Part shown: positions 12,197 to 24,005 of the stretch, one piece after another
Layout: each line of letters starts with the position of its first letter
How positions within the stretch are numbered: position 1 is the stretch's first letter
NCBI RefSeq assembly: GCF_018977255.1
Contig: NW_024704742.1
Coordinates: 76,944,001 to 77,008,000 of the forward strand
Source: Callorhinchus milii
Lineage: Eukaryota
Direction of reading: 5' to 3'
DNA: 64,000 bases
Translations under genes and position numbers: made by a program
Notes under the pieces: model-generated
The model's input: only the letters and a program-made list of their open reading frames with translations
The model's database searches: none
What the model was told of the DNA's origin: nothing

Positions 12197-12610
12197 ATAT
12201 ATAGCATCTCGGAGCACTTAACTGTGGCGGAGCTTGACACCAAGCCAGGGAGAGAGGGGAGGTGACTGTAAGCAGGGTCAAAGAAAATTTTCAGGTGTGA
12301 TCTGAAGACAGGCAAGGAGGGGCAAGGCAGAGGGATTGAGGCAGACTTCCAGAATCTCGGGGTATAGTGTCTGAAAGCACAACTGTCAATGGTGGAGTGG
12401 AGGGGACAAGCAACGTATTAGAAGGCTGGAGTCAATTGACTGAATGTGGTGGGTGGTGGTGTGGAGTTTAAGCTGGTTGGAGAGGTGGGGAGGCGCGATT
12501 GTTAGTTGTGAATTGATTTGTAAGTAATTATGAGGACCTTGAAATTAATTGGTTTTGCAATACAGGCTGCAGAGTTTTGTAATCAGTTGGATTTTGTGGA
12601 TGGTGGAACT
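12197..12610 (-). mobile_element. L2 LINE 3' fragment, older
   Basis: Same organisation as 2012-2545. Confidence 0.7.
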
Positions 12611-12619
12611 TCACCATCC

Positions 12620-12812
12620 ACCATTTTTTTTTGGAAGGAATTATTACCCCCGGATAAGCGATTCACTAATCGACTAACAATCGGGTTCCTACTTACTCCT
12701 CGGTAAACAGAAGAGTATGGAGTAAGGAAACTTGCCCAACATTTCGCCCTGGTGGGAATAGAGCCCAGGTCCCTCACTTGTGAGGCGAGTGCTCTAACCA
12801 CTGAGCTACAGG
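12620..12812 (-). mobile_element. Young SINE 5' half, long subfamily
   Basis: tRNA-like head plus the long insert. Confidence 0.8.
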
Positions 12813-13161
12813 TTAGGTTCCACAGGCTCTGGATGGCACACCGGCCAAATGCCCATTGTTCATGTGTGAGCTGTGGCAACGAGTGTTGGCAGATCACAGC
12901 CGAGCCTGACCTCTATTCACCCAGTTGCCTCACATCTGCATTACCACTAGAAGGTGATGTGATGTGGTGGGGGAATCATTTTTTTAATACATTTTTCCAA
13001 CACCAAACTTAATTGCTCTATATGCTGCATTGGGGGTAACCGCTGTCAAGTTGCCAGGAGTTGTATTTAGCAGTGGTGGGAGGGGAAAAGGCTGAGATTT
13101 TTAGTTTTGCCTTGTATCTTGCTGATGATGATCATGTTTTATCTTTGTTTAACCCACACAG

Positions 13162-13177
13162 AGCTTGTCATTGCAAT
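13162..13177 (+). CDS. Candidate 16 nt microexon
   Basis: tttgtttaacccacacag|AGCTTGTCATTGCAAT|gtacgt. Its phase links 9803-9866 to the Cys-rich frame of the 14451 exon. Confidence 0.2.
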
Positions 13178-14450
13178 GTACGTGCTACAAATCAGCTTAC
13201 AGTGTGGTTTTAAATTAGTGGAGAATTGGATTGTTAAATAGCTCTGGCAAGTTACTGATGATGCTGACATTGTAAAGTCATTTTAAATGCAGTCTCTCTT
13301 ATTGATGTGCCAGGAAGTAACAAGCCTATTAATGCTAAAGAACATTTTTATATAGGACCGTCATGTCTGCAATACATAATGTAATCGAAGGTGCCCCTTA
13401 TGTGAGGCAGCGTCTTGGAGCTGAAAGCTCTTAGGCTACAGTCTCGGTCCCTAGCTAATGATTCGCGGATTGAGACTGAGGTTCAGTATAAAAGTGCCCA
13501 CGTACAAACAAGGGTTCTCATTGAGGACACTTTTAGGATTTCCAATTGTTTGGTGTTTAGACATTCCAAATCTTGCGTGGCAACATGTTTTATTCCGTCT
13601 GCTGAGATCAGCTCACCCAGACACAGCCTGAGGAGTGAATGTGGGATTTCCTCAGTCTCAGTTGATTAATGCCACCTCAGTTGATTAAGGGACGATTGGT
13701 TCAAGGTTGGTTATTTTATTGCTGCCTGTGGGTGCTGTGTCGTTGATGCGAGATGACATGTGCACTGTTTGATCTGATTGGTTGCAATAGCAATCCTGCA
13801 TGTCTGGAGAGTAATTTGTTTTTGAACTCTAGGAAATCATGTGGGTGGTATATCTTACAGTAGAATCACTGGCAAGTCAGGTAAGATGCACTGAAGTTTG
13901 AATAAGGGTGAGGCTGGGAAGTTGTCTAGTTATCAAACTTCATTTGGATCAATCCCTTTACAAAAAATGGAGGAACTTTCTGTTAGCAATTTTAGGAGAA
14001 ATTTAAACAACAAGGGAGGCAGTCATCACCAAAGGAAGGAGACTGGGTGGGAGGTGAGGTATAGCTATGTGATAGCCTGCAGAATTTTAAAGCTTTCAAA
14101 GTCTCTGATCCCAGCATTACCCCTGCAGGAGAGCCTGGACTCACTGTTAATTTGTATTGGTAAAGCACAGCGACATTCACCGGTAGATAACAATAATAGT
14201 AATCCTTGCATTTGATGTAGCTCCTTATCACGTCTTCGAGATTTTTCAAAGCTCTTTACAGAATATACTATAAAGTGAATTGCCTTTATATTTTTTGTGG
14301 GCAAAACACGATAGCCAATCGCACACAACATGTCCCACAAAGAATTGTGGAGGAGGAAAGAAACAGGAAAGAGACTCAATCATTTCAAACTCTTTCAGTT
14401 TCTTACTTGTCTGCCTTGCTTCTTACATGTTTTTTGTCTATGACCTTCAG

Positions 14451-14501
14451 GGATACAAAAGGAGAGGATGTCTCTCTCGTTGCCTGTGCTGTTGCTTTTA
14501 A
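14451..14501 (+). CDS. Candidate last coding exon (GYKRRGCLSRCLCCCF*); alternatively an 84 nt internal exon 14451-14534
   Basis: Acceptor ttttttgtctatgaccttcag|, followed by ~700 nt of repeat-free UTR-like sequence and AATAAA at 15186. An AAG|gtactg donor also exists at 14534. Confidence 0.4.
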   Translation, partial: GYKRRGCLSRCLCCCF

Positions 14502-15185
14502 ATTAAATGCGAAGCACGCTGCTAAATGGGAAAGGTACTGAATGTGATTAAAGCAGAGTATTAGCTATTCAAGATCAATATTGCACTGTATCTGTCCAAA
14601 GCTGGAGTTTATTGTAAAGTTAACTGGGAGTGGGAAATGAAGAGCTTTCCTAATTACAGACTGAATTGGTTGTGACCACCAACGCTTCTCGGGGCCCTTT
14701 TCCTGAAACTTTATAGAAACAACAGGAAGTATTAAAGGGCTTGTTCGGTAACCTTTTCATTTCCTGTTTGGATTTGGCCATGCACTGGTCTACACATTGG
14801 TCTCTTTGTATTTACCTTTGATGTGCTGTGGACACGTCCAGCTGTTTTGCCTTTTCTGTCATCTGGAAGCTGTTAGACAAGAATTCTACTTATCTTGAAC
14901 AAAATCAGGGGGCCTTCCCAAGGTCTTCAAAGGAGCACATCATTGGGGAAAACCATCTGTCTCCATCTAAAACTGAGTCTCAATGGCTTTTGACCATACT
15001 CTCTCACTATTAAAGTGTCAAAAAAGTTGCAATGCATGTATTATCCTGACTGAGATGGTTAGAGGTAATAATCCTGATTATGATGCAGATTTAACTAACT
15101 TGCATTTTTGACTTAAAGTCTCAGGAAGACTTTTGATTTTTTTTAATTTAAAAAAAAACATAATTTGTCCATTTCTTTATTGTTG

Positions 15186-15191
15186 AATAAA
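15186..15191 (+). promoter_or_regulatory. Candidate polyadenylation signal
   Basis: AATAAA after a U-rich stretch at the end of the repeat-free block. Confidence 0.3.
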
Positions 15192-15217
15192 ACATGTATA
15201 GGTACATGCAATTTGTC

Positions 15218-15740
15218 AGCCTGGCTCAGTTAGTAGCACTCTCACCTTTGAATCAGAAGATTGTGGGTTCAAGCCCTTGTTGAGATTTTGAGCTCATAGT
15301 CTAGGCTGGCACTCTGATGCAATGCAGTGCATGGTTGATTTTATTTGGTTAACATGTGGACTCCTATCAGAATGCTTAAGAATATCCAAACCTGACTGAT
15401 AGTTCCATCCACCAACACATGCAAATTCCCGTGCGCACGGTTGAGTGTGCATTGTTGGAGGCATTGTCCTTCAGATGAAATGTTGAAGAAACAAGATCCG
15501 TCTACTTGTTCAGATGAACATTAAAGATCCCATAGCATGCTATTCAATAAGGGAAGGGAGTTTTTTTTTCCCAGTGTCCTGGTCACCAACTTCCTGGTGG
15601 GGAAAAAAAATGGTCATTCACTTCATGGCTATTTATGGGACAATGCTGTGTGCAAATTGGCTGCCAATGTCTACAAAAACATGTCTACACTTCAGAAATA
15701 ACTACAAAGCAGTTTGACATGTTTTGACAATGATAAGGCC
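15218..15740 (+). mobile_element. Older DeuSINE (SacSINE1-like) containing a family B insert
   Basis: Head agcctggctcagttagtagcactctcacc, aaagatcccatagca body and Deu core. Confidence 0.75.
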
Positions 15741-15749
15741 TTGTACACT

Positions 15750-16745
15750 AATCCCTTAATGCCCTAGCACTTCCTTACCTCTCTGACCTGCTGGTATCCC
15801 ACTCCTCTACTCCGCCCCCTTTGATCAGCTGGCACAGGCCTGCCATGCATCCACCAACCCTTCTTCACCACCTTTGGTGGCTGTGCCTTCAGTCACTATG
15901 CTGTAAACCTCTGTTCCCATAAGTGAAGGAAAGAAAAGAACAATTGGCTTGAAAGGGTATGTCAATTAATGACGTTCACTTCATGACTTCCACATGTTGC
16001 GGATGACACACAAATCTACTTTGCTTTCTCCAACATCGACTCCAGGTCAACTGATATTCTATCAGCTTGTCTGGCAGACATCAGGGCCTGGATGAGTGCC
16101 TGCAGCTGAATGTGGACAAGACGGAAGACATACTCCTTTGCTCCCGTCAACTCCTGCGGATCTGAACTCCTCAACCTCCCTGGGCTTTCCATCAGACTCA
16201 CTGAACCAGTGCATCTGGTTCGACCCCAAGCTGTCCTTCCTCCCCCACATCTGGTTCCTGACCAGGAATGCCTTCCTCTTGCTCCTGCCTCCAACTGTAC
16301 CTTACCCCAAATGCAGCCGACATCCTCGTACATGCGTTTGTCACCTCCTGCCTGGATTATTCAAATGCACTCCTCGCCGGTCTCCCCAGCTCCACTATTC
16401 AAAAATCCAGCTCATTCAAAACTCTGCTGCCTGCATACTGACCTAGACCAAGTTCTGTACCTTCATCTCATCAGTTCTGGCCAGGCTCCACTGGCTTCCC
16501 ATCACCGAACGGATCAACTTCAAGATCCTCACACTTGTGTTGAAATTTCTTCACTCTCTGGTACCTCCCTATCTCTCCGACCTCCTCACTCCCCAATCCA
16601 CCACCCGGCGCCTCTGCTCGACTGTAACCGACCTCCTGCTCGTCCCTCGCACACTCCAATTCCACCTTTGGAAGTCACGCTTTCAGCCACTACGCCCCGA
16701 AACTCTGGAACACTCTCCCTCAATCCCTCTGCCTTGCCCTCTCTT
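15750..16745 (+). mobile_element. L2 LINE fragments (RT C-terminal to 3')
   Basis: gcggatgacacacaaatctac (ADDTQIY), FDPKLSF, IQNSAA and LHWLP motifs, with frameshifts. Confidence 0.85.
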
Positions 16746-18004
16746 TTGGAGTCAGATCCACCTCCCCTACATTCCCTTAATGTGCATATCCCAAAATCGG
16801 ACTAGTTGCCATACCAGTTATGGGAATCGCACACATCACATTGCACCCAAATTCCTTCCAGTGAGATGGGTTTTGGGTTGTGTGCCAACAATCATGTTGA
16901 ATTCAGGTTTTAAAAACTAAATTCAGGTACATTATTTTTTACCAATTGACTTTCAATCCATTTTTCTTGGTGAACATTGGATAAAAAATACACTTTAGTA
17001 TCTTTAAAAAAATCTGATTCTTGTGGACCTTATCAGCCCTTGAATACAGGTAGAACTGGAGAAAATTGAAGGAGAGACTCAACATGGTTTCTGCAAAATT
17101 CATTTGGTTTTAAACTTAGCTTTTAAATCAAGCATCTGCCAAATTGTTGAATAAATGTCTAATTATTGAATTTTGCCTTTGTTCTAATCTTTGTGTTTTG
17201 ACTGCCCTTGTGGTTAAGTGTTTGAAACAGCTGCTGTCTGGTGACTTCGAACAGGGGCACACTGTGATTTCTCAGGTCATTCTCTGGTGTAATGTATCCA
17301 CTTGGCTCATTAAATTAAGCTAATAAGTTAAATAGATGGATTATGTTATGCAGAATCGCTTGAGAAGAAACAAAAGCACAGTTACAGCCAAGTTCAGCAC
17401 AGGGAGGTCTTGTGCGGGTAGTTTGCGTCATGGGGAGAGGTTGGCTGCCGGTTACAAGGGGTAACTTGCCTAATTTGGAAGGTGGTTGCCTGGTATAGTA
17501 ATTGGTGTTGGCAAGGTTGAGTCCCCCAGTTGAACAGCCTCCCAAAGATGGCTAGACACATACAAGAAGAACTGTTTTGCTGAACCCTTCAAGAGATGAG
17601 AAATTGGGTGGAAAGAAATTACTGTACTTGCTTTCCCTTCACGGAAAATACTACCTTAATATTGCTTATAAGAATAATCTTTAAATTGGATAGAATGCCT
17701 ATCATATCCTCGTAACGTCTTAAATCGCTTCACAGGATTTACTGTGGAGTGCATTGACTGTATTTTTGTAAAAGGCACAGGAAGGTGTAAAAAGTCTGGT
17801 TCTATTTCATCAGGTGAGTTCACGTTGTTACACTCCAAGAGCTGAAATAGGTGATAGTCAATGTAAGGAGATTGTTACTCCTTGGCAGAAATCAAGTTGG
17901 CAGAATCTTTCCATCTGAATGCTTCCCAGGATTTACTGTGTGTGAATTGACTGTATAAATGCCATGGCCAGTTTGCGCACAACGTTCCCTGAAGAACCTT
18001 GAAG

Positions 18005-18152
18005 ACTGAGGTGGATAGATGTTTGTTAGGTAAGGGAATCAAGGGATATGGAGCAAATGCAGGTAAATGGAATTGAGGTACAGATCAGCCATGATCTAAT
18101 AGAATAGTGGAACAGGCTCAAGAGGTTGAATAGCCAACTCCTGTTCCTATGA
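18005..18152 (+). mobile_element. CR1 3' end
   Basis: gggaatcaagggatatgg...agatcagccatgatct...actcctgttcctatg, the CR1 3' UTR pattern seen in cartilaginous fishes. Confidence 0.75.
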
Positions 18153-19068
18153 AGAGAATGACCCATTTTATGTTAGCCTAAAATAAAAGCTGGTTCTTCA
18201 CCTCATCCAGCCCTGATTATCAGCAATTCATTGGGATTTCATAAAGTTCCACCTTGCAACTGTTTATGGTATTGGAGACCCTTAAACTGTTTGCAATTGA
18301 ACAGAAAACGGTGTTCTCACTGGGACACTTTAAAGAGACAATGTCCCTTTAAGGTAACAGTGCAAGGCATACATGAGGAATAGAATTACTTGCACAGGTA
18401 ATGCTGGTTGATTAGTTGGCAATCTCCTTTTACACAATGAATCCGAATTACTAAATTACAAGTGAACACAGTTTTAAAGGACCACTCCCTCGGAGTGAAT
18501 GAATGGAATTTCACAGCTTTTGTTAGTGTTTTCAATTATTTTAAATCCAGGTGCTAGAAACATTTCCTTCAGTCTCAGAAGTCAAGCTGACTCAGTTATT
18601 GTTGCACACCACCAGGTGTTTTCTCATTATTCTTCAAAGCTCAGCCTAAACTATTGAGAAGTAGTGGTTGGAGAGGCGGGGGGTGGGGAAGGGGCTGCTT
18701 TCTTTACTTCTGTTCAAATGCGGGATGTGATTGAAATAAAGTCCATCTCTGACCTCCTGCCTTTGGGATGCTGGGTCATGCAGGCAAACTTGAACACAGA
18801 AAAAAAGAAAATTCTAAAACAAAACTTTTTTTTGTCAGCCAGGTATCCGACACACAAGGAAACCCACAATGATCCTACAACAACAGCTTATATTTAGCCT
18901 GAGATATTGAGGAATGAGAAGAAAAGAAATGTGATCAAAAGTCAGGTCCTCCTCTCCACCGCACCCCCCCCCCCCCCCCCCCCCCCCACCCATGAGAACT
19001 GTAAATTTAGGAAAGGTTTCTAGGTAACCATACACAGTACATGAGCATGAAAATTCCATCTAATCTAC

Positions 19069-19380
19069 CGAAAGGGCGGAGTAGTCCTAACTGGATAAGC
19101 AGCTGGTAGCTTTCCAATGTTTACAATGCCCAGTGATATGGATTTAGCTGACTAAAATCCAGCAGTATCCAATTCAAAGTTCATCTCGAGATGTTTCTCT
19201 TTGACCGCACATTTGTTCATCCCCGAATCCAACCCCAGCTCAGGGGCAAACCCTCGACTGTCGAGTGCCATGGGAAATGTTCCTACGAGATAGGCACTAT
19301 ATAAATACAATTTGTTGTTGTTGCACATATTGAAGAATCCAAGCCTTAGCTCTTGCCAACTTGAGCCCAAACTCCCTCGG
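19069..19380 (+). repeat. Family A repeat, copy 2, split by an L2 tail (about 19180-19323)
   Basis: gtcctaactgga...tttagctgactaaaatccagcag and aagccttagctcttgccaac match 58563-58705. Confidence 0.65.
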
Positions 19381-19454
19381 ATTTGGTACTGTTCATCTTT
19401 GGAGACAAATGGAAATTTTAATGCATATGTGGAGCTCTCATTGGTTGTCAGGTG

Positions 19455-19860
19455 TTACCTTGGCTAAATTAGTAGTACTTTCACCTCTGGATCAAAAAGC
19501 TGTGGGTGCAAGCCTTACTTTGGGACTTTGAACTCATACGGTAGAGGCTGACACTCTAATGCAGTACTGGGCGAGTATTGCATTGGCAGAGATGCTGTTC
19601 TTCTGATGAGACATTAAAACAAGCTCCCATCTATCTGTTCAGGTGGATGTTGAAGATCCAATGACACTATTTGAAAAGAGCCAACAATCCTCCAGATAAT
19701 TGATCATTAATTGCATGGTTGTTTATGGGACATTATTGCATGCAAATTGGCTGTTGCATTTGCCTGCAAACTCAGTCAGTAAGTTTACAGTAACATTACG
19801 TACCACTTTGAGATGTTTTCTGTGTTATAGACACTATATAAAATGTAAGGATTATTACTG
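19455..19860 (+). mobile_element. Older DeuSINE (SacSINE1-like), near full length
   Basis: Head, ggctgacact...gcagtactg body, ttcaggtggatg, Deu core and tail. Confidence 0.8.
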
Positions 19861-22432
19861 TTTATTGAATTTGGTTTGCAATGTGATTGGTTTCCACTTG
19901 TCAGACACATGGCTGACTGAAAAACAATGAAAATCAACACACAAGTCCAATTGTAGCCATTCACACATATTTGTACTGAAGCAAAATATTGCATCTCGGA
20001 CAAGACCAGAAACTGTAAATAAAATAGTTAAACCCAACTTTTGATTCCTTGATGCAAATAATTTCATCTATTTCCCTATAACCTAACCTCTCGATCACCA
20101 ACCTCAGGACAAACCAACCAAGGATGGAACCCTGCTTTCCAGCCGGATTATAAAATGCATGTTTTGTTCTCAAGACAAACGCTTTTAAAAAATTAATATT
20201 GCTCATATCCATCTCAAGATGTAAATGTAGATCTGGTAATATGACTGCAGCAGATGGAGTCTTGTCCAAACAGGTGTGGAGTGGTATGGCGAAACTCCAT
20301 TGTAGCAGTAGAAACGCAGCTCCACAGTGACACTGGACTATTATTAACATCACCACCTGCGCGTCTCTCAGCAACCAGTATAGCGATGTGGCACAAAGCA
20401 ATCCCTTGTGCCGTTTTATTTTTCTCCTTTAATTGCGAAGGCCACCATCACCTTTTATTGTTGATGGACCATGTATTAATTCCCTCTGGCACATACAATT
20501 TAATGAGGCTTTATTTGCTGCAAATTTGAGGTACTGATGAGCTTCTCTGGCCTAGTGGGAAAAGGCAGTCGTGTAGCACTAGGCCATGAATGGAATTTAA
20601 TTCTGGTTTTGATGTGTTATCTATCTTTAAATCCCACCTTAAGTCCTAATTCTTCAACTGTGCCTATGATCACTTCCTCCTCCCCCTCTTTCCTTTCCTG
20701 GCCTCCGATCCCACTTCTAGAAGTGATCTAAGATGTTATTCTAAGTGAATGGTGCCTTATAAATACAAGTTGTTGTTGTACCCTTAACCATTTACGACCA
20801 TTTTTACCCTAAGACTGTTGTCTTGAATTGTTGAAAATTCTTAAATTCATTCTTAATTCGGATTTTGGTTCTTTATAAAAACTGAAGAGAAATTGATTTA
20901 AAAATTTAGACTGAATAAAAGAAATTTTGTACATTTCTGCACAATCTTAAATTGACAGACACATGGTTTTACCGGCTAAGACTAATTGAACTTTAAGACT
21001 TCTGATGAGGATACCTATGGGGTTGGCTGTAATAACTCCTTGCTCCAACAGTTCTCTGACTAGAGTGGCTCTAGCTATAGGCAAACTAAAGCTTGGGAGG
21101 CAGATTGTACTCTCAGAGAGTGGTAGATATAGGTGGTGAGGGGAAGCAAAATTACCTTGTTTGATTTAGGATTGGGCCAGGTGGCTGTCAACCAGACTTC
21201 AGGTAGTGCCTGGATTAAGGGCGGGCAAATAAAAGGTGTCAGAGGCTTGAACGTTGCATCAAAGTGAAGGAATGGGTCAGGCAAGGCATTAACACTGACA
21301 CACGACCAAGGTTTCTGCGGACACAGCTAAGGTGGCGGAAGTTCTTTACGTTGGGGGGAAGCATAAACATACTTCCAGGAGCTGGGGGGGGTGGTGGGGC
21401 ACACTGAAGTTTTGTCTGGGCAGCAGATTGTCTTGAGCTGTTTCTGGTGCTAATAATCACTATCTAGGCTCGCACATCAAGAATGTCCAACATACCAGAC
21501 TGTGAGTCAAAGCACTCAAGAGACAAAGAGTTGAGGGTGAAAAGGGGAGAACATTTTAAAGAAATACAATAAATCAAAGAATGTTGAAACTATCTTTGTT
21601 TTCATGCCTCACTATCAGTGTGAGTTATTTCCGACAATCATCCCGATCTTCACAGAATATAAAACACAACAGTCATCAGAGGGCTGAAGAATGAATGGGA
21701 ACAAAAATATTTGTAGGATTTCATAATATAGCATAGCTCGGGTGAATCAGCAAGAACACTTTATGACCTTTGGAAAAAAATTCCTTTCCAGATCTAATTC
21801 TAACTCTCCTTCATCCTGAATGCTTTGTTTTGAGTTAATTGAGTGTCCCGATGTCACCTCTTGTCTCTTAGTCAGAATGTTATGGGTTCAAGCTTCATGT
21901 GGGACTAGGGCAGAGACATATCATAGGGTAACGACTGCAGGGGCACTGTAGTGGAAGAGAAAGAGTCAAAATGTATTCGGGAGGGGATGGGGAGAAGATG
22001 AGAAAAAGTGGCCAAGAGAAAAGAAAATTGTTCACTTGCAAGTTTTATGTGTGATTTATTAATTTCTTCAGGATATTAAATTAGTTAAATTAGACCTTAA
22101 CCTGAGGTCTTATTAAGGTGGACGTTAAACATCTCATGATACTATTCATAAAAGAGAAAGGAGTTTTTCCCGGGGTCTTGGCCAAGAATCCCCTAAAGAA
22201 AATTGTTCATTCACTTCACGCTGTTTGTCGGACATTGTTGATATTGTTGTGCACAAATTGGCTGCCATGTTCGTCTATCAAACACACAGTCACAACACTT
22301 TACAGAATCAATCCTATGATCTTGTGACTACAGTTGGTGGTTCTGAAAACTATTTAATATATACTGATGTCATTTTTTTTGTGGGGATTTTTGGAGCTTT
22401 TTGTAAAATCGCAAATCGTTATTTCTTCATTT

Positions 22433-22760
22433 CTGGGGGCAGGGATTCTTCTTACTCAGTTGACCCAACAAGACAAAGCCCTGGACAACCAGCAGCAAGC
22501 TTGGCAACCAACTCTTAATGGCAAGCTGTGCATTTTTAGTTGGTTAAACTCCAGTAGTAACTCAAGACACACTCTGGGATTCTCAAACCTTGTCATTTCA
22601 CAACCACTGCCTAATGCTTTCTGGGATTAGACAAGCAGGGTGCATCCCACCAGGGAGAGAGTGCGCATTCCATTCCAGAAACAAGGAATTTCCATGTATA
22701 GTTGAAATTCTCAACCTGGTTGGTGATGGTTTCCTCATACACCCTGAATTGTCCAACTGG
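22433..22760 (+). repeat. Family A repeat, copy 3
   Basis: ctgggggcaggga...ggttaaactccag...gcagggtgcatc...ccattccag. Confidence 0.7.
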
Positions 22761-23337
22761 ATTGTTCAGAATTTACTTTCTATATCTTGGTAAACATTTT
22801 GTGTCATCTGTAGCCATTTGAATGGGTCTTATTGACTAACTAATCCTGATTATTTTTGCAAAATACCAGCTGGCACAGGCTGGGTGTGGGGACGATTCTG
22901 TAGTATCTGGTATCTGAGTGAGATTTTACCCCAGGGTTGATATGAAAAATATCTTCACTTTAAGGTATCATCAGTTTACTTATTTCCCAGTATTAAGTCA
23001 GCTTTATCTTTCAAGGACAATCCAAAGTGTAAATTACAGATCAGTAGAGAGAAGTACTCACTGGGTTGAGAAGCCAATAAGGCAGAAACAGATTATGGTT
23101 TAACTTTTTCTTCAAACTGAAAGCTTTCTGCTTGTCATTACTATCTATGGTTAAAAACTGCTCTGATACAACCATTAGTTACAACTGAAGATGAGATGAT
23201 GGGGTTAAAAATGTAACATTGTCTTCACGAAAGCTGTGTTTTCAACCCCATTCCTGTTGTTCCTTAACAATTCATCCTGTAGCACATGAGGGTGGGGTTG
23301 GTACTGTGTTTGGGAGGGATGAGATCAAATGGGCTTA

Positions 23338-24005
23338 AACAACGACAACAATAACTTGTATCTATATAGCGCCCTTCACGCCGAACGGCGTCTCAGAGCG
23401 CTTCACAGTAATGGATCCCAGGGCTGAGCCAGGGGGAGGAGGGGGAAGGTGATCAAAGGCGCGGTTGAAAAGAAAGGTCTTCAGCCAAGACCTGAATTTA
23501 GAAAGAGAGGGGGCAAGGCGAAGGGAGTGAGGAAGGGAGTTTCAGAGTCTCGGGGCGTCGTGGCTGAAGGCGCGGCCGACGATGATGGACCGGAGGATTC
23601 GGGGGACAAGAAGGAGGCCGGAACCGGGGGAGCGAAGGCAATGGGCACTGCTGTGAAGAGAGAGGAGGTCAGAGAGGAAGGGGGATGCAGAGGAGTGGAG
23701 GGATTTGAAAACAAGAGTGAGGATTTTGAAGTTGATCCTCTCTGGGACAGGCAGCCAGTGCAGTCTGGCAAGGACTGGGCTGATCGGGGAGCGGAGTTTG
23801 GGGTGGGTAAGAATGCGGGCGGCAGAGTTCTGGATTTTATGGATGGTAGTGGAGGGGAGACCGGCGAGGAGGGCATTTGAATAGTCCAGCCAAGAGGTGA
23901 CAAAGCCACGGACCAGGATTTCGGCGGCTTTTGGAGTGAGGTATTGGCAGAGACATCGGAGGTGGAAGAAGACGGTGCTGGTGAGGGACCGGATATGAGG
24001 GAGGA
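23338..24005 (-). mobile_element. L2 LINE 3' fragment
   Basis: LDYSNALL...IQNSAAR...LHWLPVPERINFK; tail stem-loop. Confidence 0.9.

Noticed and set aside
18963..18987. Poly-C run (also poly-G near 43955 and (GT)n near 46236 and 49411)
   Set aside because: Ordinary simple repeats.
19961..20401. 146 aa - strand ORF
   Set aside because: No recognisable motif or good splice context, and the length is within chance expectation.
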